64,000 bases of DNA from assembly GCA_964106915.2 (NCBI GenBank), contig OZ066917.1. The stretch is one strand, 5' to 3'. The notes below the pieces were generated by a model. The model had not been told where the DNA came from, made no database searches, and worked only from the letters and a program-made list of their open reading frames with translations. This document shows, in pieces, positions 12,669 to 24,836 of this stretch. The stretch is from Podarcis gaigeae (taxonomy: Eukaryota). Numbering within the stretch: position 1 is the first letter of the stretch; every line of letters begins with the position of its first letter. Both the position numbers and the translations under genes were made by a program.

Positions 12669-12883
12669 TACAGATAGGTGGCCGTGTTGGTCTGCCATAG
12701 TCAAAACAAAAAAAAAATCCTTCCAGTAGCACCTTAAAGACCAACTAAGTTAGTTCTTGGTATGAGCTTTCGTGTGCATGCACACTTCTTCAGATATCTG
12801 AAGAAGTTTGCATGCACACGAAAGCTCATACCAAGAACTAACTTAGTTGGTCTTTAAGGTGCTACTGGAAGGAATTTTTTTGT
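12669..12883. mobile_element. Penelope-like element remnant with inverted (fold-back) structure
   Basis: Palindrome with 78-bp arms 12718-12795 and 12796-12873 (1 mismatch); 13-bp TSD tagaactctgaga at 12656-12668 and 12884-12896. Confidence 0.82.
12760..12797 (-). ncRNA. Minimal type I hammerhead ribozyme motif (Penelope-associated)
   Basis: Minus strand ATAT CTGAAGA A GTGTGC-AT-GCACAC GAAA GC TC ATAC: CUGAnGA and GAAA core, stem II hairpin, palindromic AGCU helix III; mirror copy on + at 12794-12831 has a stem II mismatch. Confidence 0.65.
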
Positions 12884-14199
12884 TAGAACTCTGAGAGTAT
12901 TGTTTCAATTTGTACAATTGTTCATGTGCATAGCATAACAGTAAGAAAAAACAGTATTGTGGGGAAAATGGAAGGAACTGAAAGCTGGGGCAAGAGCTGT
13001 ACATGTGTGGTTGTCTTTACAAGGTCTAGAAATCTAATCCAATGTAATCGCAGATAACTAATGCATTGGTATAACAAACACACCCAAGACCTGGAACCTT
13101 AGAGAGAAAATTGGGGAGGTGAAATTTTGTAAGCATCCCAGGAACCCCTGCAGGTAGATCACAGATCCATGGGACATTGCAGAAAAACATGTTTCTGCAG
13201 TGTTCTGGCCAAATCTGATGGGCCTCTCTGCTGTCCCACGTGAACTGAATTCAACCTGGAAAACACCCAACAGTTTCTTGTAGCTGAATTTTGCAGGGTA
13301 ATGAAGGATAATCTGTCTTTTGGGCGTTTGGCAGTCCATTACTCCTCCCCTGATAAGCTTAGAAGAAACTCCAGGGCTCTGGGATGACTGTTTGAAAACC
13401 ACTGTTCTTACAGGTGTAGCATGCCTGGTCAAAATAGCTTGTCTACAGTTCTTGTTTAGAAGCTGTTGTATAAACTGGAACAACAGTTGAACTGAAACAA
13501 CTGCCCTTCTTGGCATTTGTGAAAGAGCTCTCTCTAAGGAAATGTACTCCTTTTGTGATGTTACACTTTTAATGATATATTGCAAAGCGTTTCTCTGTTG
13601 AAAGAATAATGCCCTTTCCACCCTTCATTCAAAACAATGAACTCTATGGTGCAAAAAGAGACAAAATTATGTCCCCCTCAAGCCAAGAGTAGTGAAGAAT
13701 AATGAAAGAACAATTTATCAATGCACAAAAAGTATTCGAAAAAATACACCTGCACACTCTGGTTGCATTTGCACAACACACTAAACAATGGTTTAGCACA
13801 CCATGCCTGAAATGGAACAAGGCCAAGTGAGCTCTCCCCTTCCCTCACTTCCTTTCATCTGGTCAGGAGGAAAATTGGCAGCATCTCCCTTAAACTTGGT
13901 CTGTCTTTGCATACAAGGGTGATATTCAGTGCTTGTTCTGCTCAGAGTAGATCCATTGATGTTCCTGGACACAACTAACTTGGGTTCATTAATTTCAAGG
14001 CATCTACTCTAAATAGGACTAAGCTGAATACTATCCTAAATCACTGATTCTTCTCAGATTCAAAATTAGCCATCCTCAAACCACAGGTTATGAAGCTGGC
14101 TTGTTTAACTTAACCATATGGAGTATAAACCACAATCTAACTTTCATACTCAATGAGAAGCCGAGTTCAAGAGAAACAGAAAGTTATTACTGTCAGAGC

Positions 14200-14500
14200 C
14201 AGTGGTTCCCAGTTGGGGGTCCGCTGAACGCACCCAGAGTGTCTGTGGCCTCATCCCTTGCCTGCCCCAACTAATTTTTTTGTCATTTTTGCATGGTAAT
14301 AAACACAAATTTATGGTCTTTCTTGTTTTTACTATACCTAAAATCCTTTGCTTATTAGGGGCTACCCCACATTTTTTTCAAAAAATTGCTTTGCAGAGGT
14401 AACTACCATAGAGTTATCAAAAATTTCAAAAGTAGGTGGTCGGTGGCTTGGCTTTTGAAAAATAGGGGGTCCTCAGCAATTAGCTAATTGGGAACCACTG
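14200..14500. mobile_element. hAT-type MITE
   Basis: 15-bp TIR CAGTGGTTCCCA(G/A)TT; 8-bp TSD gtcagagc/gtcatagc. Confidence 0.85.
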
Positions 14501-15467
14501 GTCATAGCCTTTATCCTGGTCACAAAGAAGAGGGAGACCATTTGAGCCCATGGCTTGCTTTTACTCATTCCCGTGTTCATCATGAGAACATCACCATTAT
14601 TAGACTTTAGAAAAATCTATCGAGTCTCCTATGTCAATGTGCATAAACCAATAAACATTCTGAAATCATTGTAGCAGTTATTTTCATGCTTGTAACATAT
14701 TAGTACAAAACACCTTTGATTATATTGATTATTATAGGGCAGGTCAAAGTTGTGGGCATCTCAACGATTGACGCTAACTAGTTGGAAGAGGTATCTCCTT
14801 TACTTCTCTGAAACCTAAAAAAAGTCTTCCTTAAGACAGCACACTCATGTCTCTCATTTCTGTTTACTAATATGGTTAGGCCCATCATTTCTCTGTGTTT
14901 TGGCTGAACTAATTTAATAATCCAGGGCATGGTCTTGAAGGCACATGATGTAGAAATCTTGCCAAAGCTAAGTAGGATTGGGTCTGGTCAATATCTAGAT
15001 GGGACATCACTTGGCAATGCTGTGTGGGTCACCTTGAGCTCCCTAGACAAAAAGGTGAGAAATAAATATAATAAATAGCTTAGCTTACAGGTTGGTTGTG
15101 AGAGAATGATATAGCTATGATTAGCAACTACTGGAGAAGGCATTGGGGTTTAATCAGGCACCTGTTGAGGCCTGTTCATCAGTAGGGGACCTCAGTTCCA
15201 GTCCTTGGAACCTCCTGAACGTGTTCCTTGTCTGTCTTCTTGCTGCCTACTTATTTATCAATGTTGAACAAATACACTGGGGGAGGAATAAGGAGCAGCA
15301 GCAGGATATATCTTGTTTTTTCCCTCTGGGAAGTGATGTGAATTGGGCCAGGAGAAGAAGCAAATGAATGGAAGTGGTAGCTGTGGTAAGGATAAAGAAA
15401 ATGGGCACCCTCAGATTTAAAAAAGCCCCATTATGATACCAGCACTCAACTACAGTATAGACTAGAG

Positions 15468-15783
15468 CAGGGGTCAGCAAACTTTTTCAGCAGGGGGCCG
15501 GTCCACTGTCCCTCAGACCTTTTGGAGGGACGGACTATATTGGTGGGGATGAAGAAATTCCTATGCCCCACAAATAACCCAGAGGTGCATTTTAAATAAA
15601 AGCACACATTCTACTCATGTAAAAACACCAGGCAGGCCCCCAAAATAACCCAGAGGTGCATTTTAAATAAAAGGACACATTCTACTCATGTAAAAACATG
15701 CTGATTCCTGGACCGTCTGCAGGCCAGATTTAGAAGGCGATTGGGCTGGATCTGGCCCCCGGGCTTTAATTTGCCTACCCATG
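15468..15783. mobile_element. hAT (Charlie-like) MITE with internal ~72-bp tandem duplication
   Basis: Imperfect TIR CAGGGGTCAGCAAA / CATGGGTAGGCAAA; perfect 8-bp TSD gactagag; duplication at ~15566-15698. Confidence 0.85.
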
Positions 15784-15801
15784 GACTAGAGGCAAGTGGG
15801 A

Positions 15802-15866
15802 TCATAGAATCATAGAACTGTAGAGTTGGAAAGGGACCCAGAGGGTCATCCAGTCCAACCCCTTGC
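15802..15866 (-). mobile_element. CR1 3' end fragment
   Basis: tcatagaatcatagaa (reverse of the ATTCTATG tail) followed by gttggaaagggacc. Confidence 0.75.
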
Positions 15867-16174
15867 CATAGGAGCCAAATCTTAGGGGCCATGGGTCTGG
15901 GCCTGCACAAAGTTGATGAGCATTCCCATTCAAATGGTGTGGGCGCACTGTGTCTTGTGATTGATTATGTGGGGCAGGGCTTACCTGGGCCCCACAATAT
16001 TTTATTCAAGTTGACACCCCTGCCCTTTGCAATGCAGAATGTGTTAATTTTAACTATTGTTTAGGGAACACGGTTTCATGTTGGTTTGCTTCCCTAACAA
16101 TAGTTAAGTCTAACCACAACTTGTCCACAATCAAACTTAATGCTAAACTGGTTGATTAAAAACCAGTTTAAGGA

Positions 16175-16507
16175 CAGGCAAAAGGCAGTACGCAGCACAT
16201 AGTTAAAGAATGGTATTTTTCACCCCAAGAGGTAGTAATGGCCACCAACTTGGATAGATTTGAAGTAGGGTAACATAGATTCATAGAGGATAATTCATGG
16301 AGGCTACTAGTCATAATGGCTATATCACCTTGAGTATCAAAGGCAATATGCCTCTGAATTAGCAACTGCCAGGAATCACAAAAGTGATGTGCTGTTGATC
16401 TCATGTCCTGCATGTAGACCTCCAAAAGGAGAACAGAATGTGAGAACAGAATGCTAGGCTAGATAAACTTTTGGTTGGATCCAGTAAGCCGCCTCTTATG
16501 TTCTTAT
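16175..16507 (+). mobile_element. Degraded CR1 3' region
   Basis: cagcacatagttaaa...atggccaccaacttggat...cttatgttcttat. Confidence 0.65.
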
Positions 16508-18714
16508 CTCCACCTCATTGGGATGCCAAGAGGAGGAGAGGAGTGGAGCTGATGTCTGTGGCTGATTCACACATCACTAAGCCATTACATCTGAATGAGG
16601 CCATAATCTTATAGACTTCAATGTTTGCAATCGTAGTTTGTGGCTTTTCAGTCAGGGAACTGGCTGCAACTTATCTCCTAGACTCTAGCTTTTGATGAAG
16701 TACCTAATAAATTTACCATGATTTTGAGGGGAATGATAGTTAGTATAATAATTATGTTGTTCCTTTTAGACCTGCCTCTTCAACATGTTTATATTTGATG
16801 CACTCCTTCCTTCAAAGAAGATGGAAGGTGCTGTCACTCTAAAATTAAAGACAATTACTGATTAATTAGCTATTCGTGAATGTGAGGGGTAAATCTCTTT
16901 GCAGTATCTTTGGACCAGCTCATAAATGGAAGCACCCTTTTATCTCTTTCTTCTCTGTACAGTCTGGGGAGCGTAAAGAAACATCAGAGTGAATCAGAGA
17001 GAATGAATCAGAATGAGTTCAATACAGTACCATTATAAAAGCAGAAATGACTTCAACTAACTTTTTGTTCTTTCCCCCATCTGCTCACATAAACATTTTG
17101 TGATAGTGTGGCTTTTTTTTAACCGCCTTCCTTAAATTTGAACTGGCCTTTTTGGCTTCAGGACATGGATGGTGGAATTCTTTGATACATTTGGCGGCTG
17201 GGCAGATAGGTGGAGGTAAATCTGAAACTTCTTGTCATAAACATTTGTCCTTTCTATCTCCCTTTCTATATTCCTTTCAGTCCCAAAGAGCATGATCTCG
17301 TAGTCCTCATTCAATACTGAAACTAAACCCTAAGTATGAGTAGCTGAACTTAACACAAAGTTATACACTTTTAAACTTTTCTTTCTTCACGCCTTCTGCC
17401 GCCACCCTTTTGTGTTGAATTTTAGGTGGCATGGTCTTCAGAGCAGGATCTTGTCTTTTTGTTCTTACTTTGTAAAGCACTTTCATCATTAATGGCATAA
17501 TTATTGTTAGAATGTATAAAGCCTGCTTATATCCTCACAGATCTATAGTTCTTTTCACTCTTTGTGGTGGAAATGAGGTGCCGGTAGTTATATATTGACA
17601 AAAATGTCATGGGTGCAAATAGAAAATGGCTGCCATGGGCAGCAAAAAAAAGAAAAAAAAAAGAAGAAGAAAAAAAAAGAGGTGACCAGTGAGTACCATC
17701 CATAACCAAAACAAATGCACCTACATCCCCACACTGGTTTTATTCCTATAAATGATATCCATGTCTGATTGGCCTAAGGAAAGGATAACTAGTTAAATTT
17801 TAGAGAACTCTCTCTTTTCCTATGAACTTCCAGAAGGGCTGCTTGATATAATTCAGGCACATTGATTTGCCCTTTTATTGCATGAGACTCTCAGCCTAAT
17901 TTCACGTGAGCGGCAAGGAGGGGGAAATGGGAAAAGGTGGTATCAGAAAGAGTGACAGAAAAGTGGGTGCCTGCCAACTTTTGGCTCTGGCCCTGTCCAG
18001 AGCTAGCTGACTACACCTGGGGGAATGTGGTCCTTGACAGAATAAAGTATCCCCACCCTGTTTTACTGGATGGATCTCTTTTATTGATGTGACCTCCAGG
18101 CACCTAATAAAATGCTGTTAACAATAGAGATCTTTAGATAAGTGCACATCAATGTTGCACCTATTTTAAACCATTTAATGTAGGCAATAGTACCAGAGCA
18201 GATACAAACTTGGCACACATTTCTATCTCTCTTCAAATGACAATTCAGTGTGCATAAATATAATTTAAGGAGATCGCTCCCAGTGCATCTGATCTCTGGT
18301 GTCCAAACATTGATCCTGAACAGAGCTTGTGTTTATGCAGGTTGTATATATGTCAGCTCTGTTCAGAAGGCATGATCAGTGTGAAGGACTGGGGCTTGTA
18401 AGTGCAATTCCACTCTCCCTGCTGCCCACTGATGTTATACTGTTGTCATCTGAACACAGCTTTTGTTTTTCTGATGAAGCACTGGGTGTGGTAGTATTGG
18501 ATTGGGCCCTTGGTACTTTGTGTGTGTGGCTAATATGAATGTATTGTAACAATGAATAAAATACAACTCAATGTATGAGGCATTAGCAACAATTTGAAAT
18601 TATTTTTTAAAGATTTGTAATATTCCATTGTCAGTATACTTGCCTTCCATTCTTTTTTCATTCTGTTTCATTCTGTCATCCTTTATTAAGCATTACAGTA
18701 AAATTCTTTAGGCA

Positions 18715-19238
18715 TGAGATTTGCTCTAGAAGAGTGCAGGGCAATAAAAACACCAGTGTCAGTGAAGTTAACTCTTCATTCAAGAAACCAAAACAGTTCA
18801 GGCCTAGTGATCACAGCAGTTCTTCCCAGTATGCCTTGTCCCAATGAGGCAGTTGCAAGGACTGAAGGTCCTTGCCTCCCCACAGGTCTCTAAGGCTCCT
18901 CCCCAGGGTCCTTCCCCAGCAGCCTAATCATTGCTCTTCATTTCTCTGTGTGTTTAGGGAGACTGGGGGGAGGGGAACAGGTCGCAGCAGGAGGGGGAGG
19001 CTCCCCGGTTTCTTCAACAGCCTGCCTCATCATTGCCTCCTGCCTCTGTCCCAGCCTCTTCCTGCTCACTAAGCCCTGTTGCCTTTTTAGCTTCCTCCTC
19101 CCTGTCTGCTCCTGAGCATCTCCCTCTGACCACTCATCATCGTCCAACCACCAATGCCCTGGCTCTGAGCCTTCTTGCCCTGGGGGTTCCCCAGCTAGCG
19201 CCTCCCACCACTCCTCTGCATCTAGCCAGTCCAAGATA
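18715..19238 (-). mobile_element. Probable LTR-retrotransposon (Gypsy-like) LTR-derived repeat; boundaries uncertain
   Basis: GC-rich, strongly purine-skewed block resembling lacertid LTR repeats; explains the acidic/Trp ORF 18938-19234. Confidence 0.4.
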
Positions 19239-19904
19239 GCAGGTAGAGCATGTGTACAGACAGGCCTAGGTTTCAGGAAGTGCTTGCTGGTAAATGAAGT
19301 TTGCAGTGATTTGTGGGTGAGGCACTTGACATCGTGGGGTCACATGACCTCATCACCATGGCAGCAAGCCACAGCAGTTCAGCTTCTTCCTGTACTACAA
19401 GGTAACATGAGAAGCTCATGTGGTGGCTTCTTGGTGCTGATGTCTGGAAGAGCTGTGGTGAGGACAACTCCTTCTGCTTGGTCTGGGCTTGCATTATGTT
19501 AATTCAGTGAATCAGGAAGGAGATGGCTCCAGCACAACTAGATTTAAGAACCTATTCTAAGTATATTATGAACTGGTGGTTGGACCAGCTTCAAGAGGGA
19601 TCTGGGGCCTATATATAGCTTGGATGTCCATGAATTCCTCCAATTTAAGATGACCCTGAGTACAGATGGAGTGCAGATAACAATGGAGTACTGTAACTGT
19701 GTTGTGCAGCCTCCATTATCATCTCCTCTGTTGTTGTCTAAATTCCACTCCAAATAAATTAAGTTTACTTGCACCTGCTGTGTAGAGAAACAATCCCTTC
19801 CAGATAAGTTATTTGTGTGGTATCAACTTATGGCACAGAAGTTAAATAGTTTGAAGTGTGGGGCAGTGCAACAGGGTGCCAAGTTATTAATTAAGATAAA
19901 TTTA

Positions 19905-20255
19905 AAGGTAAAGGGACCCCTGACCATTAGGTCCAGTCATGGCCAACTCTGGGGTTACACCGCTCATCTTGCTTTATTGGCCGAGGGAGCCGGCATACAG
20001 CTTCCGGGTCATGTGGCCAGCATGACTAAGCTGCTTCTGGCAAAACCAGAGCAGCACACGGAAACGCTGTATACCTTCCCACCAGAGTGGTACCTATTTA
20101 TCTACTTGCACTTTGACATGCTTTCGAACTGCTAGGTTGACAGGAGCAGGGACCGAGCAACTGGCACTCATCCCGTCACGGGGATTCGAACCACCAACCT
20201 TCTGATCGGCAAGTCCTAGGCTCTGTGGTTTAATCCACAGCGCCACCCGCATCCC
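19905..20255 (-). mobile_element. Full-length Sauria SINE
   Basis: aaggtaaagggacccctgacc...cgccacccgcatccc; TSD taagataaattta/taagacaaattta. Confidence 0.92.
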
Positions 20256-20298
20256 TAAGACAAATTTATAGACGGCTTAATCGGGGGAAATGCTGAGT

Positions 20299-20364
20299 GG
20301 GACGCAGGTGGCACTATGGGATGCGGGTGGCGCTGTGGGTTAAACCACAGAGCCTAGGACTTGC
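20299..20364 (+). mobile_element. Two tandem truncated Sauria SINE 5' heads
   Basis: gggacgcaggtggcactat followed by gggatgcgggtggcgctgtgggttaaaccacagagcctaggacttgc. Confidence 0.8.
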
Positions 20365-21232
20365 TCTCCGATAAGTTGCTGTGTGAGCATGAGCATTAGA
20401 TGTTCCCACACTATAACATAAAGTTCTCTGAGCGGCTTACATTCAATAATAAATATATAAAGTTAGGCTCACAAAGCCAAACAGCAGAAAGGCTGAGGAA
20501 GTTAAAAAAGAGATTCCTGAGGAAAATTTTCAGCTGTTACACCAAAATATTTCCCCTCTCCAGTATTTGTTGCCGGAACAATCAAAACGATATAAGTCTT
20601 TGGGACATAGGGAAGAATATGATAAGATGACAAGATTACAGGACTTGTCCACAACCCCCTGGGATTTATTACCTTAGCTCTTTCCTCTGGTTGTCTAAAG
20701 CTTTCTTCATGTTGATGTCATGAGGCAGCGCCTTCAGCTTATTTCATGATTTGGCCTTTTATTCTCTGTTATCTTGTATGGAGTTTCTTTTGTCCTCTAT
20801 TTCCCCTTCCCATATCTGCTTCTTTAATCGCCTGTGGCAGTTTGCAGTAGAATTTTATGGATGATAGTTTTAAAACATTGTCTGGAGAGTTGGTGCAGGC
20901 TAAAAAAATTAAGATATCAAATGATAAAAGGGTGTGAGAGGAAAATAGGAAAGAAAGTGAAAGAAGATAAGCACAGACCTTTTCCTTGGTAAGTTGTTAG
21001 TCATTCCTTTATATATCTCCCAGGGATAGCCAATGTGGTGCTCTCTCAGAGGCAGAAGGGGGGCAGAAGGACCATGGCCCTGGGCACACAGTTTTGAGGG
21101 GGCACAGCAAGGTGCCCCCAACAAGCTCCCTTATTTGGGCCAGAGCTGCAGGGAGGTACACTGTGCTCAGCCCAGACTTTCGGGGCTGGGGTGGCGGCAG
21201 CTCCTTCTCTTCCTGGCCATTGAAGGGACGCC

Positions 21233-23313
21233 CATAGGCGCCGACTCCATGGGGCCTGAGGGGGCCCGAGCCCCCTCAAAAATTCGTTTGGGGGGGCTCT
21301 GCCCCCCCAATAATTTAAGAAAATTATTACCGTAAATTTCGCTTTATAACACGCAGATTTTTTCTCCTAAAAAGTAAGGGGAAATGTCTGTGCGTGTTAT
21401 TGAGCGAATGTGTGGTCCCTGGAGCTGACTCGCCAGAGCGCAGGGGCAAAAATAGGCAAAAATCAGGCAAAAATCAGATCGGGCGGTTGGGCGGAGGGAA
21501 GGCGGAAGCTGCTGCTTTCCTGCATTCTGCCTCAGGGTCTTACTGCCCACCCGCTTCTGTTGCTGCGTTTGCTCAAACTCAACAAAGAGCAGGGAATCCC
21601 CTGCCCTCCTGGCAAGCAGAGGGTTAAGGAAAGGATCAAGTCCTTCCTTCTAATTCTTTCCTAGTCACACTGCGTGCAGGCTCCAGCCCACCACCTCCTC
21701 CTCTCCGTGCTCTAGGGACTCGCAGGCAGCCGAAAAACAGGTGGGAGAGAGAGAGAGGGCTGGCTTGGGGGGGGACTTTTGCCTTCCTTTTCTCCCCCCC
21801 ACCCCGTTAAACTCCTCCCCTGCATTCTTAGCCAGCTGCTTCTCCGCACACCCCTCTTGTGCTTCTTGTCCCTTCTGTGTTTTTCCTTCCCTCCCCATTT
21901 AAAACGTGGTGACAAAGCACGGATCCACATGGATCCTCAGGATTTTTGCATTGGGTCACCCCAAATTCACCATCAGATCACATTACATGTCCATGGCTAC
22001 AGTCTGTACCAAAAAAATCACGCACCCACTGTTGCCTGGGGCTGCAATGGTGCAAAAACGTGGTTACAAAGCACGGATCCACAGGATCTTTGCACTGGGT
22101 CACCCCAAATTCACCATCAGATAACATAGCATGTCCATGGCTACAGCCTGAACCAAAAAAATCACGCACCCACTGTGGCCTGGGGCCACAATGGTGCAAA
22201 AACGTGGTTACAAAGCACAGATCCACATGGATCCTCAGGATTTTTGCATTGGGTCACCCCAAATTCACCATCAGATCACATAGCATGTTCATGGCTACAT
22301 CTTGCACCAAAAAAATCACGCACCCACTGTTGCCTAGGGTCACAGTGGTGCAAAAACGTGGTTACAAAGCACGGATCCACATGGATCCTCAGGATTTTTG
22401 CATTGGGTCACCCCCAATTCACCATCAGATCACATAGCATGTCCATGGCTACATCTTGCACCAAAAAAATCACGCACCCACTGTTGCCTAGGGTCACAGT
22501 GGTGCAAAAACGTGGTTACAGAGCACGGATCCACATGAATCCTCAGGATCTTTGCATTGGGTCACCCCAAATTCACTGTCAGATATTAAAAATCTTTATA
22601 AAATAGAGAATTAAATACATACAGAATGTTAATTTTTCAGTTTTGAAATATTAGTACTAGTTTAGTACTGTATTTCTATATTACTATAGTACTGTATTAG
22701 TTATTTTCAAATACTTAAATATTTTTAGGGTGTAAGACCCAATTAAAGCCCGTTATTTACATACAGTATTACAGTATTTACATACAGTATTAGGCATACT
22801 GTATTAACTTTATTAACTGTATTAAAGCATTAACTTTGAGATATTATATTTATTTAATGAACCCTCAAAGTAAGCTTGAATGAGCTATTTCACTTATTAA
22901 TCAAAGTGCTATTACTGTGCGACAGCAATATTTTATGTTTTATTCTTTTAATGATAGTTTAGGATTTATTTAAATATCATTTCAGTCTTTTCAGAGCTAT
23001 ATATTCACTGCTCTGTAATAGTCTATAAGCATAATTGTTACTGTAAATTAAATTAGCTTTTTACGAAAATACTGTGCGTGTTTATGTTTTGTTTCTTTTT
23101 TCAAAGCCAAAAAGTGTTTCAGGCTTGTCGAGTTTCCCGGAGTGTGGAGTTATAGAGAGTCGAGTTTTCGGGGTCCTAATGTTGATCATATGACTCTAAA
23201 ATACTTTTAAAAAACTTTAAAACTCACTAATTTTAATCTAAAATTTAGAAAACTTCCCGGGGCAGGACCCCGGTATGGGCCCCCCCAATATTTTTTATAA
23301 GTCGGCGCCCCTG
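21233..23313. mobile_element. Third-layer non-autonomous hAT element (~2.1 kb including cargo)
   Basis: TIR CATAGGCGCCGACT / (rc) CAGGGGCGCCGACT; perfect 8-bp TSD gggacgcc at 21225-21232 and 23314-23321. Confidence 0.88.
21901..22584. repeat. Tandem array, 154-bp unit x ~4.5
   Basis: aaaacgtgg unit starts at 21901, 22055, 22199, 22353, 22507 (second unit is 144 bp). Confidence 0.93.
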
Positions 23314-23888
23314 GGGACGCCCACATGCCAGCCAAGTTGAAGGGGGAGGGGGAGGGTGTAACACACACTATGGAATTGTGGAAGCCACTTGCTTGGCATT
23401 GGCCCAGCACCAATTCCGGACCTGGAGGCGGAAGCTGCGGAGAGGAGGAGCTGCAGTAACAACATTACCGTGCCTCTCCTCCCCTGGGCTCTGGTGCATG
23501 AGTGATCTGCAGAGGCAGCTTCCTCGGTGATGGACCAGCCCTGCCAGGCTGCCCAGTCTACCAGGGCAGCACAAAACTTGCCCCATCCTGGGCACCAGCA
23601 AACTGTGTTATGCCACTGTGCTCTCCAGTTGTTGTTGAACTCCAAATCCCATCAACCCCAGACACCATTGCTAGTAGGCAGGATTGATGGGAATTACAGC
23701 CCAGCAACATATTGGCTACCCCTGTATATAACCTCATCGATGGAGTCAGAATCAGTTTTATACCATTTTATATTTGTTGCTCCTTGTGATAATTCCATGT
23801 GTGCTTGTTTATTGTAAGACTGGCAATGTCCCCTAACAGGCCACCAGTGGAAACAGGATGTTTGACTTGGTGAGCCCTTGGTCTAAGG

Positions 23889-23985
23889 GAGTCTTTTCCA
23901 ACCTGGTGTTGTTGGGCTGCAACTCCCATCGTTCTGGCTGGGGCTGTTGTCCAACAACTGGAGGACACCAGGTTGGCGAGAGTTG
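23889..23985. mobile_element. Short hAT-type MITE
   Basis: ccaacctggtg / caccaggttgg inverted ends; 8-bp TSD gtctaagg. Confidence 0.75.
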
Positions 23986-24709
23986 GTCTAAGGCTTCCTC
24001 ATGTCTCCTTCTACAGTATTGTACCTGTTGCATTAAGTTTTCTCTCATCCTTTTCCTGTGGAGTCTTCCTTTGTGCCCATTCCCATGCCACTGGCGCATT
24101 GCCTTTTATCACACTCTAGTGTTATTCAATCTACAATGTTGCATGGGAGGCATGACAAGTCATATTAACACTGTATTATCTCCATCTCCACTAAACAAAC
24201 GCCTCCATGTAATTCACCTTGAAACAAAGCTGCTATCATTCTATCCCTTTCTTCTTCCTGAACATCCTCTCTTTATTTTTCTGTACTGTATATCTGTGAG
24301 ACATGTGTTGTGCTGTGTAGATTGAACGAGGCCATCTATTATACTCCCACATCTCTGGCATTTGTAGATTATTTGATCAGTCAGAGGATCCTAGCAGTAG
24401 GAGTAGAAAACGAATGGAGATAGTCTTAACACGCACACAGGCTCACTTATACACATGCTCTGTTTCTCTTTGCTCATATGAACTGGTTGCTTGGCGACCG
24501 TCAGTAAAAGCACAGCTATTCCCCGCCCCCCTTATGCTGCCATTCTACCAAACTGCTTCCGTTCTCTCACATACTGCGAGATGAAACAAACAATAGGAAT
24601 GTAAAGGCATTCATTATGGCATTATCAGGATTCTTAGCATACTGTCATGCTTTAAAGAAACCATCACTAAGTAGATGTCAAAATTATCAAAGGGTAAAAT
24701 GTCAGATTA

Positions 24710-24713
<4 letters not shown>

Positions 24714-24742
<29 letters not shown>
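24714..24742. repeat. (AT)n microsatellite, followed by (TTTA)n at ~24806-24830
   Basis: Direct read. Confidence 0.9.
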
Positions 24743-24747
<5 letters not shown>

Positions 24748-24802
24748 CTGCTGTAGTTTGTTTTTAAGCCTGTTTTAAATCACAGGAATGCTGATTTTAT
24801 TT

Positions 24803-24836
<34 letters not shown>

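Larger units (their letters stand above)
21047..23618. mobile_element. Second-layer hAT-type non-autonomous element
   Basis: Termini CAGAGGCAGAA / (rc) CAGTGGCATAA; 8-bp TSD tgctctct/tgctctcc. Confidence 0.65.
21021..23724. mobile_element. Outer hAT-type MITE split by nested insertions
   Basis: cagggatagccaat...attggctacccctg inverted termini; the two halves rejoin at tgctctc. Confidence 0.65.

Noticed and set aside
13058-13621. 187-aa antisense ORF, the longest in the track
   Set aside because: No recognisable domain, non-ATG start, intronic; expected by chance in 64 kb
18938-19234. Acidic Trp-rich ORF MDWLDAEEWW...
   Set aside because: Lies in a purine-skewed repeat-like block; non-ATG start; no splice or homology support
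21779-22606. Several overlapping repetitive ORFs; superficially array/CRISPR-like
   Set aside because: Products of the 154-bp tandem repeat; no unique spacers or cas genes; eukaryotic intron
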